Both the position numbers and the translations under genes were made by a program. The notes under the pieces were generated by a model. The model was given only the letters and a program-made list of their open reading frames with translations. It was not told the origin of the DNA and did not search any database. From an uncultured Nitrospiraceae bacterium (GTDB lineage Bacteria > Nitrospirota > Thermodesulfovibrionia > Thermodesulfovibrionales > Dissulfurispiraceae), in contig CAVSHF010000003.1 of assembly GCA_963727805.1 (NCBI GenBank), forward strand, positions 1,888,001-1,952,000: a stretch of 64,000 bases of DNA, in the 5' to 3' direction. This document shows, one piece after another, positions 1 to 9,974 of the stretch (position 1 is its first letter; every line of letters begins with the position of its first letter).

Positions 1-81
1 GGTTTATATTAGGAGAAGGCACTTCTAAATTAAAAAAACTCCAAGATTCTGGAGATAATATGTTAGGCTGGAGGTCGTAAA

Positions 82-1668
82 ATGTCCCTAAAAACCAAGA
101 TAGGACTCAGTTTTTTCCTCAGCGCCTCCATAATTGCAATCCTATCCTTATTTGAATACGTTAATTTCATGGAAATCATGGAACAGATAAAATACCTTGA
201 AGTAACCGATACGATACGGAGTGACTCGCTGCAGATCCGTAGACACGAAAAAAATTTCTTCCTTTACCCCCTCCAGGAGAAAGAGGAGTCCGAAGCCATT
301 CAGCAATATATCGTTCAGCTTAACAGCGTATTGAAGGAGAACTCAAAACTAGAGAAATCACATGAACTCACAAGGATGCAGCTTCTCATAAACGACTATG
401 GGAAAAGGATGGAGAGAATTAAGCAGCTACTTGATAATGCGCGGGCCGGCTTTCGGCAGCTACAGCCATCCCATGCGAGGTATTCTAACTTTTTCCCATT
501 AATTGAAACGGCATTAAATGATCAGCCGCTGAGAGCGGCAGAACTTTTAAAAAAGTCTTTTGGGGTGCCTCAATCCCATTCGCTGATAGAAACACTGCAG
601 GAACTTGACTCTGAGATAAACCTCATCAGGAAGACCGGCGAGGACCTCATTTCTTCATCAAGAGATCTCGATAAGGTGGCCCGCAGCGAAGTCGACACCC
701 TGATCCGCATATCACGAACTGAAATCATCGTATTCATGCTCCTGTTCTTCGTAAGTGGCATCACAACACTTTATCTGATCAACAGAAATGTAGTAAAGAG
801 GCTGAAGTTGCTAATCGGCATTGTCGAGGGGACTGGACAGGGCCAGTTCCGACAGGTTGACGTCTCTTTGGGCAAATGGGACAACGATGAGGTCGGCATG
901 CTGATCCGTGAATTCAACAACATGGAAAGGGAACTCCTTCAAAGAGAATCGGAGATTAATAGGAAGAACATGGAGCTGCTGCAGAGCAAGAAGCTCGCTG
1001 CCATCGGGACACTGGCCGCAGGAGTCGCTCATGAGCTGAACAACCCCCTCAACAATATCTACCTGTCCGTTCAAGTGCTAAAAAGAATGGCCGGAGATAA
1101 TTGTCCCGAATCGATAAATGAGATTGTTGAAGACATTACCACCCAGTCGACGCGTGTCAAGCACATCGTCGGGGAGCTCCTCGAATTTGCGAGAGGCAAG
1201 GAACCTAATCTTGCTCAGATCGGACTGAAAGACCTTATTGCGAAGGCCTATAAATCAGTAAGCGCCATAACGAACACCAATTCCGTCCGCTTCTCTGTTA
1301 AATCGGACTTGGATGAAATATCAATCGAAGCTGATCCCGATCAACTGGAGCAGGTATTTATCAATCTGTTTCATAACGCTGTCGAAGCCATGTCGGGAAC
1401 CGGGAATCTAAAGGTGGACATAGATTCCCAGGCGGCTAACGTAAGGATCAGGGTTTCGGATACCGGCCCTGGAATACCGCCCGATACCATTGAACGGCTC
1501 TTCGAACCTTTCTTCACTACAAAAGACAAAGGCACCGGCCTCGGCCTCGCTATTGTTTTCAATTTAATACTTAAACATGAAGGTGACATTCGAGTGGAAA
1601 GCGAAGAGGGAAAAGGGACCACATTTATCATAACTCTGCCGAAAGGAAAAGACAGACATGGCATTTAG
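82..1668 (+). CDS. Membrane sensor histidine kinase (HAMP, HisKA, HATPase; NtrB/AtoS-like)
   Basis: Two TM segments; H-box AGVAHELNNPL; N-box QVFINLFHNA; DTGPGI, FEPFFTTK and GTGLGL boxes. Confidence 0.93.
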   Translation: MSLKTKIGLSFFLSASIIAILSLFEYVNFMEIMEQIKYLEVTDTIRSDSLQIRRHEKNFFLYPLQEKEESEAIQQYIVQLNSVLKENSKLEKSHELTRMQLLINDYGKRMERIKQLLDNARAGFRQLQPSHARYSNFFPLIETALNDQPLRAAELLKKSFGVPQSHSLIETLQELDSEINLIRKTGEDLISSSRDLDKVARSEVDTLIRISRTEIIVFMLLFFVSGITTLYLINRNVVKRLKLLIGIVEGTGQGQFRQVDVSLGKWDNDEVGMLIREFNNMERELLQRESEINRKNMELLQSKKLAAIGTLAAGVAHELNNPLNNIYLSVQVLKRMAGDNCPESINEIVEDITTQSTRVKHIVGELLEFARGKEPNLAQIGLKDLIAKAYKSVSAITNTNSVRFSVKSDLDEISIEADPDQLEQVFINLFHNAVEAMSGTGNLKVDIDSQAANVRIRVSDTGPGIPPDTIERLFEPFFTTKDKGTGLGLAIVFNLILKHEGDIRVESEEGKGTTFIITLPKGKDRHGI

Positions 1669-2989
1669 GATTCTCATAGCCGAAGACGAAGAAATCACGC
1701 TGAAACATCTCATCAACACCCTTAAAAAAGAAGGGTACAATGTTTCGGGCATGCAAAATGGACTAGATGCTTTGCGGATGATTGAAAAGGAAGATTTCGA
1801 TCTACTTATTACCGACATAAAAATGCCTGGCATGACAGGTATGGAGCTGTTGCCAATCGTCAAATCCAAATACCCTGATACCGAAGTGATTGTGATTACC
1901 GGTTTCGGGACTATTGGATCGGCTGTGGATGCGGTAAAAAAGGGGGCTGTCGACTATATAACCAAGCCTTTCGACCTCGACGAATTGATCATCAAGGTTA
2001 AAAAAATCTTCAACCAGAAACAGCTAAAGAAAGAGAATACGGCGTTAAAGGCCTTTATCGAGAGGGACAAGCACACGCATGTCGTATCGAAAAGCGAGAG
2101 CATCAAAAAGATACTCGATAGCATAGAGGGCCTGCGGGATTCCGACTGCAACGTCTTACTCACGGGGGAAAGCGGCGTTGGAAAAAACCTCTTCGCAAAG
2201 ATGATCCATTACACGGGAAGAAGGCAGCAGAAGCCTTTCCTGTCTATAAACTGTGCTACGCTTACCGAAAACCTCCTGGCCAGCGAGCTGTTCGGATACG
2301 AGAGGGGGGCATTCACCGGGGCGGTAAAGACAAAGCCGGGCCTTGTCGAAATCGCCGACACAGGCACCCTCTTCCTCGATGAAATAGCGGAGATGACAAC
2401 AAACTTACAGGCAAAACTTCTGAAAGTGATCGAAGAAGGGGAATTTTTCCGAGTGGGCGGAACAAAACCTCTTAAGGTAGATGTCAGGGTCATTGCGGCA
2501 ACCAACAGGAATATAAAGGAGTTCATTTCAGAGGGTAAATTCAGAGAAGACCTCTATTACCGCCTGAATATAATGGAGATCTTCATCCCTCCCTTGAGGG
2601 ACCACCGTGAAGACATCGAACCACTGAGCCTCTTTTTCCTCGAAAAGCATCTGCCTAAGTACAACAACAAGGTCAAGGGCTTCACAAAAGAGGCGATGGA
2701 TATCCTGAAGCACTACAGCTTTCCCGGTAATGTGAGGGAGCTTGAGAATATCATCGAAAGAGCGATAATCCTGGAAAAATCCCAGTTTATCACTCCCGGT
2801 AGCCTTCCACAGAGCCTGACAATGTTCCAGATCGAGACCATTGGTCCCAGCAATATCATATCCATCGAGGAAATGAGTAAGCGATATGCCGAAAAAGTGA
2901 TAGATATGGTCGGCGGGAACAGATCGAAGGCTGCCGAACTTTTAGGGATATCAAGAACCAGTCTCTGGAGAATACTCAAGGGAGAGTAG
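1658..2989 (+). CDS. Sigma-54-dependent response regulator (REC-AAA+-Fis HTH)
   Basis: Receiver DLLITDIKMPG; Walker A GESGVGK; GAFTGA; C-terminal AAELLGISRTSLWR; overlaps the kinase stop. Confidence 0.95.
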   Translation: MAFRILIAEDEEITLKHLINTLKKEGYNVSGMQNGLDALRMIEKEDFDLLITDIKMPGMTGMELLPIVKSKYPDTEVIVITGFGTIGSAVDAVKKGAVDYITKPFDLDELIIKVKKIFNQKQLKKENTALKAFIERDKHTHVVSKSESIKKILDSIEGLRDSDCNVLLTGESGVGKNLFAKMIHYTGRRQQKPFLSINCATLTENLLASELFGYERGAFTGAVKTKPGLVEIADTGTLFLDEIAEMTTNLQAKLLKVIEEGEFFRVGGTKPLKVDVRVIAATNRNIKEFISEGKFREDLYYRLNIMEIFIPPLRDHREDIEPLSLFFLEKHLPKYNNKVKGFTKEAMDILKHYSFPGNVRELENIIERAIILEKSQFITPGSLPQSLTMFQIETIGPSNIISIEEMSKRYAEKVIDMVGGNRSKAAELLGISRTSLWRILKGE

Positions 2990-2993
2990 ATCA

Positions 2994-3152
2994 GTTCCAA
3001 ATTGAAACAGCCCCGCTTTTTTTTCTAATTTAGACGCTCTACCTGTGAAGTCCGCGAATCCTTGATTGCAAACATGCACCAGTAAAGTTATGTCTTTAAG
3101 GCTCCCCATTTTTGTACGCCTGGTCAGAGCCGTTCATATTTGAAACAGCCCC
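2994..3152 (+). promoter_or_regulatory. Two copies of a putative enhancer (UAS) motif
   Basis: GTTCCAAATTGAAACAGCCCC at 2994-3014 and GTTCATATTTGAAACAGCCCC at 3132-3152; imperfect palindromes upstream of a sigma-54 promoter. Confidence 0.65.
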
Positions 3153-3182
3153 CAATTCCTTCAAGTCATAATTATCATTTAT

Positions 3183-3216
3183 TATCAATAGCTTATATTT
3201 AGGCACCATTATTGCT
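3183..3216 (+). promoter_or_regulatory. IHF site plus sigma-54 (-24/-12) promoter
   Basis: TATCAATAGCTTA (3183-3195) fits WATCAANNNNTTR; AGGCACCATTATTGCT (3201-3216) has GG-N10-GC spacing. Confidence 0.8.
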
Positions 3217-3285
3217 ATCCTCATTATGACTTCTAAAATTGCCCCTTAATTTACAATGGGCAGAGGATGTAAGGAGGGAATTGGA

Positions 3286-3780
3286 TTGAGACAGATTTTG
3301 TTTGTGACTTATGATGATGAGCGTTTTGAGGAAGGACTACCCTACGCCATCGACCTTTCCAAGACCATGAAGGGAAACCTGAATGTCGTCCTGGTATATA
3401 AGAACGGCAAGCCGAACAAATTTGAGGATTTTATGTCTGCAATTACATTTGCCGAAGCCGGCGAACCAGACACAGCCAAGCAGATAATCGCCGAAGGTGA
3501 TGAAAAGTCTCGGGAATTCGAGATGAAATACCGGACGGTTGTAGAAAAGTGCGGAGTAGCCGGTGTCAGCGTAAATGTCACGACTGTAGAAGCAGATGTC
3601 TATCCGGCACTAAGGAGCCTGCTCAAACAGGGTTCAAACCTTGATATGGTGCTGCTGGCCCCTAATGTCACCGACAAGGAACATCTTTCGCCGAGGGAAT
3701 TAAAGAAGCTCCTCAGCACGCCATCCACACGGATAGTAACAATGGGGCGACACGCTTTTTCGGGCGCCGAGACAGCTTAA
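3286..3780 (+). CDS. Divergent universal-stress-protein-like protein
   Basis: TTG start after SD AAGGAGG; ILFVTYD..LPYAIDL and DMVLLAP resemble a USP alpha/beta pattern. Confidence 0.6.
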   Translation: MRQILFVTYDDERFEEGLPYAIDLSKTMKGNLNVVLVYKNGKPNKFEDFMSAITFAEAGEPDTAKQIIAEGDEKSREFEMKYRTVVEKCGVAGVSVNVTTVEADVYPALRSLLKQGSNLDMVLLAPNVTDKEHLSPRELKKLLSTPSTRIVTMGRHAFSGAETA

Positions 3781-3807
3781 GGAATAAAAATAGTTAAGGA
3801 GGATTAG

Positions 3808-4725
3808 ATGTATCTCTATTTGCCGGTAGCACTCACAAGCATCAATATATTAGTACCGATAGGCCTCGGCCTTGCTGTGGGCCTGTTATCAGGTCTGTTC
3901 GGCGTAGGCGGCGGTTTCCTAATGACACCTCTGCTGATCATGTTCGGCATACCGTCGACAGTTGCCGCTGCCACGGACTCGAACCAGATAGTCGCTGCCT
4001 CTACGTCAGGCACGTATGCTCATTGGAGGGTCGGCAACGTAGACTTCAAGATGGGCCTCTATCTTCTTGCGGGCGGGTTTGTCGGTGGACTTCTGGGTGT
4101 AGAGGGCATTAAGATGCTCAGGGCAACCGGCAATGCGGGATTCGTTATCAAGATAACCTATGTGCTGATGCTTGGGATAGTGGGGACTTATATGTTCATA
4201 GAAAGCATCCAGAGCATGAGAAAAAAGAAGACGGAAGAAGTGGTTGTCGAAAAGGAAACCCGTATAGGCACATTTTTGAAGTCGCTTCCGCTTCAGACGC
4301 GCTTTGAGAAGTCGGGCGTGACCCATTCGGTCATAGTCCCAATCTTTCTCGGCTGTGTTGTTGGGATACTCGCCGCCATAATGGGCGTGGGCGGTGGATT
4401 CCTGATGGTGCCCATAATGTTCTACATCCTGCGCATGCCCATGCATGTCATCGTTGGCACGAGTCTTTTCCAGATTCTGTTTACATGTATAGAGGTCACG
4501 TTTCTCCAGTCGTACACAAACCATACGGTCGATTTCACACTCGCCGTGTTGCTGCTGCTTGGCTCTACCATTGGCGCCCAGGTCGGCGCGATCTTTGGTC
4601 GTAAGCTAAAAGGGGAGCAGCTTAAGATACTCTTGGCCGTAATTGTGCTTGTTGTAACTGTAAAAATAGTCTTCGAGCTCACTTTGAGCCCCTCACTCCT
4701 TTTATCACAGGCAGGAGGCCACTAA
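3808..4725 (+). CDS. TauE/SafE (TSUP) family sulfite/organosulfur transporter
   Basis: Duplicated GLFGVGGGFLMTP / IMGVGGGFLMVP motifs; multi-TM; strong SD. Confidence 0.92.
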   Translation: MYLYLPVALTSINILVPIGLGLAVGLLSGLFGVGGGFLMTPLLIMFGIPSTVAAATDSNQIVAASTSGTYAHWRVGNVDFKMGLYLLAGGFVGGLLGVEGIKMLRATGNAGFVIKITYVLMLGIVGTYMFIESIQSMRKKKTEEVVVEKETRIGTFLKSLPLQTRFEKSGVTHSVIVPIFLGCVVGILAAIMGVGGGFLMVPIMFYILRMPMHVIVGTSLFQILFTCIEVTFLQSYTNHTVDFTLAVLLLLGSTIGAQVGAIFGRKLKGEQLKILLAVIVLVVTVKIVFELTLSPSLLLSQAGGH

Positions 4726-5513
4726 TGCAATACTTAAGACACTCCAAAAAGGTACTCTTGCTTATCAAACTTGTCCTGCTCACATTTTTGTGTCCTTTTG
4801 CTGACGATGCTTATGCTAATCTGACTGCCAAGGCCAACCACGACCATATTACGATCGACTCTTTCTATCATGGCAGCACGGTCAGCATCAGGGGAACAGC
4901 CGAACCGGGGATGGACCTGATCATCAAAGTAAGCTCTGAAGATACCCGCCAGTCATTGCGCCAGAAGGGCAAGGTGGCAGGATTGCTGTGGATGACGGTC
5001 GGAGAGCTCGAACTAGATCACGTTCCTAATGTATATGAAGTATACAGCACGAAAAATATCGACGACATCCTGAACAAGGATGAAATTGACCGGTACGGCC
5101 TCGGGTATCAGGCGATCGAAAGACGTGCATCTATGAATGTATCCGGCGAGGAGAGAACAAAGTGGTTTAACGAATTCGTAAAGTTCAAGGAAGCTTCAAG
5201 CCTTTATTCCACTTCTACGGGGAAGATATCAGTTGCGGATAAAGATGGAAAGCAATCTTATTACATATTGACGCAATGGCCCTATCAGGCGCCTCCCAAT
5301 AACTATACTGTAACGGTTTATGCTGTGAAAAATGGAAAGGTCATCGAAACCGCCTTGGACCATGTCCTTGTGGAACAGGTCGGAGTTGTTAAATCTCTCG
5401 CTGCAATGGCGCACAATAACGGTGCCGTCTATGGTCTTATATCGATCATCGCGGCGCTCGGAGCCGGCTTTGGAGTGGGGTTGGTATTCACAAAGCAGGG
5501 AGGAGCTCATTAA
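4725..5513 (+). CDS. TIGR02186-family exported protein with C-terminal TM anchor
   Basis: Signal peptide; ITIDSFYHG and KGKVAGLLW motifs; C-terminal TM; usual TauE partner; TAATG coupling. Confidence 0.8.
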   Translation: MQYLRHSKKVLLLIKLVLLTFLCPFADDAYANLTAKANHDHITIDSFYHGSTVSIRGTAEPGMDLIIKVSSEDTRQSLRQKGKVAGLLWMTVGELELDHVPNVYEVYSTKNIDDILNKDEIDRYGLGYQAIERRASMNVSGEERTKWFNEFVKFKEASSLYSTSTGKISVADKDGKQSYYILTQWPYQAPPNNYTVTVYAVKNGKVIETALDHVLVEQVGVVKSLAAMAHNNGAVYGLISIIAALGAGFGVGLVFTKQGGAH

Positions 5514-5514
5514 C

Positions 5515-6375
5515 ATGTATGAAAACATAGTAATCGCATTCGACGGATCTGAATTCAGCCGGGCCGCCCTCCTGGAGTCTGCGAAATGGGTCCGGAGACA
5601 CGGCGGCAAAGCTGTCCTAGTACACGCCGTATTCTTCGATGAGCAGGAATACGCCATCGCCCCTGAACAGAGGGAAATGCGTTTTGAAGTCGGGAAGAAG
5701 GTATGCTTCCAGACAAAGGACACGGCCTCTGCCGAATTCGGGCTGAACGGCAACATGGAAGCATTGGTATGCGAAGGCGAGCCTCACGAAGTAATTGTAG
5801 ACATCGCAGGCTCCAAGAATGCCGACCTGATAGCAATGGGGACCCACGGAAGCAAGGGGTTAAAGAAGCTCTTCATGGGCAGCGTGGCATCGAGGGTAAT
5901 CCAGAGTTCTCCATGCGATGTCTTAGTCGTAAAACCATCACACGATGGTCCTGAGAAATACGGATCGGTCCTCCTCTCCTACGACAGCACGAAATTCAGC
6001 CAAAAAGCCCTTGGACGGGCCTGTGAACTGGCAAAGACTGAAGGTGCCGAAATAACCGCGCTATACGTTATCCCGAGATATGAGGAGATGATCGAGTTTT
6101 TTTTGTCGAACGTCATCAGGGAGAATCTCCTGCAGGATGCTCGCAGAATCATGAAGAGCGCGGTCGAGATGGCATCAAAGTTGGGTGTAACTATCAAAAC
6201 CGAAATAACAGAGGGAAATGAATCCGACCGGATCGCCGAAACCGCTCGGAGACTGAATAGCGATCTGATCATCAGAGGAACCCACGGTTGGAGCGGCATC
6301 AACAAGGCTATAATCGGCAGTGTAATCGAGAATGTCATTGTTAGCTCTCCATGTCCTGTGCTGGTTGTGAGGTGA
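5515..6375 (+). CDS. Tandem-domain universal stress protein
   Basis: MYENIVIAFDGS; DLIAMGTHG..MGSVASRVI..CDVLVV repeated twice; start moved to ATG 5515 after SD AGGAG. Confidence 0.92.
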   Translation: MYENIVIAFDGSEFSRAALLESAKWVRRHGGKAVLVHAVFFDEQEYAIAPEQREMRFEVGKKVCFQTKDTASAEFGLNGNMEALVCEGEPHEVIVDIAGSKNADLIAMGTHGSKGLKKLFMGSVASRVIQSSPCDVLVVKPSHDGPEKYGSVLLSYDSTKFSQKALGRACELAKTEGAEITALYVIPRYEEMIEFFLSNVIRENLLQDARRIMKSAVEMASKLGVTIKTEITEGNESDRIAETARRLNSDLIIRGTHGWSGINKAIIGSVIENVIVSSPCPVLVVR

Positions 6376-6379
6376 AGAA

Positions 6380-6799
6380 ATGAAAGGGTATAGAAAAGTG
6401 CTTGTTGCGGTAAACGGAAACAAAGGTGTGCTGAACTACGGGATAAATCTTGCCGGGGATGAAAAGACCTGGCTTACTGTCGTCAAGGTCATTCCGGCCT
6501 ATGAAGGAGATATCAACCTGACGGGTATCAAAAAAATTGAAGATGTATTGGACAGTGGCGGCAGGCAGGCCATAAAGGAAATCGAGGCCATCGCGCAGAC
6601 AACTGGAGCATTGATCAAGACAAGACTTGAAGAAGGCGATGTATCCGGCAGGATTGTAGAGGTTGCCCAAGAGGAACGTTGCGACCTGATCGTAATGGGC
6701 GCACCGAAGAAAAAGTGGTACAGGAAGATATTGGGAGACAATGCGGTCGAAAAAGTCATCGCCGGGGCATCATGCCCCGTCCTTGTAGTGGGCGTTTAG
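6380..6799 (+). CDS. Universal stress protein
   Basis: YRKVLVAVNG; DLIVMG..LGDNAVEKVIAGASCPVLVV. Confidence 0.9.
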   Translation: MKGYRKVLVAVNGNKGVLNYGINLAGDEKTWLTVVKVIPAYEGDINLTGIKKIEDVLDSGGRQAIKEIEAIAQTTGALIKTRLEEGDVSGRIVEVAQEERCDLIVMGAPKKKWYRKILGDNAVEKVIAGASCPVLVVGV

Positions 6800-6939
6800 T
6801 CGAAGTCCAAAGCTGTAATTAAGGGAAGCTCCGAACGGTAGCCTAAAAATATAACCAGTGCATTACAAACAACAGCGGCGATAATAGCCGGCTTGTACTC
6901 ACCTTTCCCTCCTGATAGTCATGCTGGGGTTGTCCGACA

Positions 6940-7099
6940 GCAATTTGCGCTGTCGCTGCAACCGCGTCTGCAGCATGTACAGAGAAAGCCACCTCCGCAG
7001 GCGGTTGTTTTTAGCGCCCAGCATCCTTTCGACCAGATTCCAGGCGTGGTGTTGGTGACAGTCGGGTATACCGGTAGCCAGAAACTTAACCCCACTTAG
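6940..7099 (+). pseudogene. msrA: Decayed peptide-methionine sulfoxide reductase A fragment
   Basis: TEKATSAGGCF then TAG (7012-7014, the Trp position of GCFW), a frameshift, then QHPFDQIPGVVLVTVGYTGSQKLNPT then TAG. Confidence 0.75.
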
Positions 7100-7206
7100 G
7101 TTTTACAGCATTAACGGAAAAAAATAAAAAAGCAATAACGGTAATGCTAAAATAAACCATGGACCAAAAGGCGATATCAAAGTTCGCCGGGGCATGAGGA
7201 GAAACG

Positions 7207-8064
7207 ATGAAGGTATATATCGATGGGAAATATTATGAACGCGGTGAGGCTATGATATCGGTATTCGATCATGGCCTGCTTTACGGCGACGGTGTATTTG
7301 AAGGGATACGCATCTATAAAGGGAAGGTCTTCAAGCTTAAGGAGCATATAGAAAGGCTTTATCAGAGTGCAAAGACTATTTTGCTCGACATCCCGATCAG
7401 TCGTGCTGAGATGGAAAATGCGACCATTGAAGCAGTGCATGAAAACGCAAAGGAAGACGGCTACATCCGTCTTGTCGTAACACGCGGAGAAGGCCCTCTC
7501 GGGCTTGATCCGGCCCAGTGTGCAAAGCCGAAGATCATTATCATCGTGGGCGACATTCAGCTCTATGCGCAGGAATATTATGAAAAGGGCATCGCTGTCG
7601 TTACGGCGGCATCCCGCCGCATGCCCGCGGACAGCCTCGACCCAAGGGTAAAATCCCTCAATTATCTGAATAACGTCATGGCCAAAATCGAGGCAAAGCA
7701 GGCAGGATGTCTCGAAGCCGTCTTGCTGAATCACGAAGGTTATGTTACGGAATGTACGGCTGACAATATCTTCATCGTGAAGGATGGGACGCTGCTCACG
7801 CCTGCTGCACACTACGGTGCGCTTGACGGGATCACAAGGATGACGGTGATGAATCTAGCGCCATCCTGCGGCATTGCCTCGCGCGAAACAGCCCTGACTC
7901 GCTACGATCTCTACACCGCCGATGAATGTTTCATGACCGGCACCGGGGCTGAAATCATGCCGGTTACCAAGATAGACGGAAGAGTAGTAGGAAACGGCAA
8001 TCCAGGACCTGCGACAAAAAGGCTTATCGAAGGATTCAAAAAACACATTTCAATGCAAAAATAA
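7207..8064 (+). CDS. ilvE: Branched-chain amino acid aminotransferase
   Basis: DHGLLYGDGVFEGIR, KSLNY, LDGITR and ECFMTGTGAE class IV PLP motifs. Confidence 0.93.
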   Translation: MKVYIDGKYYERGEAMISVFDHGLLYGDGVFEGIRIYKGKVFKLKEHIERLYQSAKTILLDIPISRAEMENATIEAVHENAKEDGYIRLVVTRGEGPLGLDPAQCAKPKIIIIVGDIQLYAQEYYEKGIAVVTAASRRMPADSLDPRVKSLNYLNNVMAKIEAKQAGCLEAVLLNHEGYVTECTADNIFIVKDGTLLTPAAHYGALDGITRMTVMNLAPSCGIASRETALTRYDLYTADECFMTGTGAEIMPVTKIDGRVVGNGNPGPATKRLIEGFKKHISMQK

Positions 8065-8076
8065 CGCTGGTAGGCC

Positions 8077-8985
8077 TTATCCTTCAAAATATCTCAGCTC
8101 AACCTTCTTGCGCCCGGCAACGGTCTCGTACGATTCGCTGGGATATCCGAGCGCGATTACCGCATAAACAGTCTCATCGGCTGGAATACCTATCGACAGC
8201 TTGATCTGCGGCGCCTCCTTTATTGCAGAAACCGCGAAGCCGATGAGGCATGAGCCTAGCCCCATGCTGTGAGCGGCTAGCAAGATGTTCTGCGTAGCCA
8301 GAAGGGAGTCTTCAGCCGGACAGGTAGCTCCGGGCTTTGAGCCTATAATTATCGCGGCTGCGGCGCCGTGAAACAACTTGTCTTTTCCGGAACCTTCCCA
8401 TTGTTCAATCGCTTTTCTAACTATCGGATAATGGTCCCGATAATACTTTTCCAACTCACCCTTGCCTATTAGTTTAAGCACCGTGCGAAGAAATGTTTTC
8501 TCAGCCATGGCATTCAGTTTCTTAAAGAAGGAGGAAATATGATTCGCAAAAACCATGACGGCTGTTCTTGTCGGCACTATGGTGAAGGTCCATTTTTGGC
8601 TGTTTGTTCCGGACGGTGCTGTGATACCTATCTTCGCTAGGTCTGTAAGTATCGAACGGTCAACCGGCCGGTCAACAAAGTTCCGGCACGAGCGGCGGGA
8701 AGCCATGAGCCTGACCAGGTTGACGATATCATATTGTCCGCGCGGCAGCCATGTTCTGTCAGCGGCGAAGGTTGTATACTCTCCCATCCCTTCGTCGAGA
8801 GCTGGAATTCGAATCGCAGCCTGCGGACAGGCCGCCGCACAATGTCCACAGGAGATGCAAGTCTCTCCCTTGAACTCGACCTGACCACCGATCAACAAAA
8901 TGTTCTCAAACGGACAGACATCACTGCATACACCACAGCCAGAGCAGCGGTCTAAATCTATCATTACAGGCATATTTTCAGCCAT
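8077..8985 (-). CDS. Nitroreductase with N-terminal 2[4Fe-4S] ferredoxin domain
   Basis: Two CxxCxxCxxxCP motifs; RRSCRNF, APSGTNSQ, LAAHSMGLGSC, ALGYP. Confidence 0.9.
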   Translation of the reverse strand: MAENMPVMIDLDRCSGCGVCSDVCPFENILLIGGQVEFKGETCISCGHCAAACPQAAIRIPALDEGMGEYTTFAADRTWLPRGQYDIVNLVRLMASRRSCRNFVDRPVDRSILTDLAKIGITAPSGTNSQKWTFTIVPTRTAVMVFANHISSFFKKLNAMAEKTFLRTVLKLIGKGELEKYYRDHYPIVRKAIEQWEGSGKDKLFHGAAAAIIIGSKPGATCPAEDSLLATQNILLAAHSMGLGSCLIGFAVSAIKEAPQIKLSIGIPADETVYAVIALGYPSESYETVAGRKKVELRYFEG

Positions 8986-9006
8986 CTTTCAATCCCGACT
9001 TCTACT

Positions 9007-9036
9007 ACGGAGATGGCCCTGGCGAGTCATCTCCGT
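9007..9036. other. Intergenic hairpin between cysteine synthase and nitroreductase
   Basis: ACGGAGATG...CATCTCCGT 9-bp perfect stem. Confidence 0.5.
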
Positions 9037-9044
9037 CCTACTCA

Positions 9045-9953
9045 TTAAGGCGGACATTTGCCGCATACAGAAGTAAATAGGGCCGTTGAGAGATATCTGT
9101 CTCCGCGATCAGGCAGAACTACTACGATAACCCCTTCACTCATTTCGCTCGACCTCTTCAACGCAACTTGCATGGCTGCGCCGCTCGACATTCCCATAAA
9201 GAGGCCTTCTTTGATGGCAAGCATCCTGGTGGTATCGAAAGCAGCCTCGTCGGTGACAATATGACATTCATCCAGCCTGGAAGGATCGAATATCTTCGGG
9301 ATGATGCTCTCGGTCATGTTTTTCAAACCCTGGATCCTGTGACCTTTTACCGGCTCGACTCCGATAATATATACCTTTGCGTTGAACTCTTTCAGCCTCT
9401 TGCTGACACCCATAAGCGTTCCGGTGGTACCCATCCCTGCGATGAAATGAGTGACCTTCCCCTGGGTTTGCTCGATGATTTCGCGCCCCGTAGTTTCATA
9501 GTGGGCCAGAACATTTGCTGGATTATCGAATTGATTGGGCATAAAGTAGCGATCGGGACTTTCGGCCATAATCCTGTGTGCTAGGCGTATTGCCCCATCG
9601 GTGCCCTCGTTGGCAGGGCTCAGTATGAGTTCCGCACCGAAGGCCTCGAGTACCTTTCTTCTTTCAACGCTCACGCAGGCGGGCATGGTTAGTTTTACAC
9701 GGTATTTCTTCGCAGCACCGATCATTGCAAGCCCGATTCCCGTATTGCCTGACGTGGCTTCAAGGATGATCTTGTCACGTGTAAGAAGGCCCTCCTGTTC
9801 AGCGCTGCGAAGCATATAAAAAGCGATACGGTCCTTTATTGAGCCGCCCGGATTATTGCCTTCGAGCTTTGCCAGAATCCGGACATTGGGGTTGGGATTG
9901 ATATTATCGATACTGACTAGAGGGGTATTTCCAACGCAGTCAAAAACTCCCAT
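9045..9953 (-). CDS. cysM: Cysteine synthase (CysM/CysK family)
   Basis: NPGGSIKDR PLP lysine; EATSGNTG; GMGTTGT; PDRGDRYLST. Confidence 0.88.
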   Translation of the reverse strand: MGVFDCVGNTPLVSIDNINPNPNVRILAKLEGNNPGGSIKDRIAFYMLRSAEQEGLLTRDKIILEATSGNTGIGLAMIGAAKKYRVKLTMPACVSVERRKVLEAFGAELILSPANEGTDGAIRLAHRIMAESPDRYFMPNQFDNPANVLAHYETTGREIIEQTQGKVTHFIAGMGTTGTLMGVSKRLKEFNAKVYIIGVEPVKGHRIQGLKNMTESIIPKIFDPSRLDECHIVTDEAAFDTTRMLAIKEGLFMGMSSGAAMQVALKRSSEMSEGVIVVVLPDRGDRYLSTALFTSVCGKCPP

Positions 9954-9974
9954 TTATCGCTCCTCCATAACATT

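Noticed and set aside
5332..5514. N-terminal extensions given by the ORF track (USP 5332, glnK 22191, parA 45325, DUF1573 57528)
   Set aside because: They overlap neighbouring genes or promoters; downstream starts match family N-termini and SD or promoter positions
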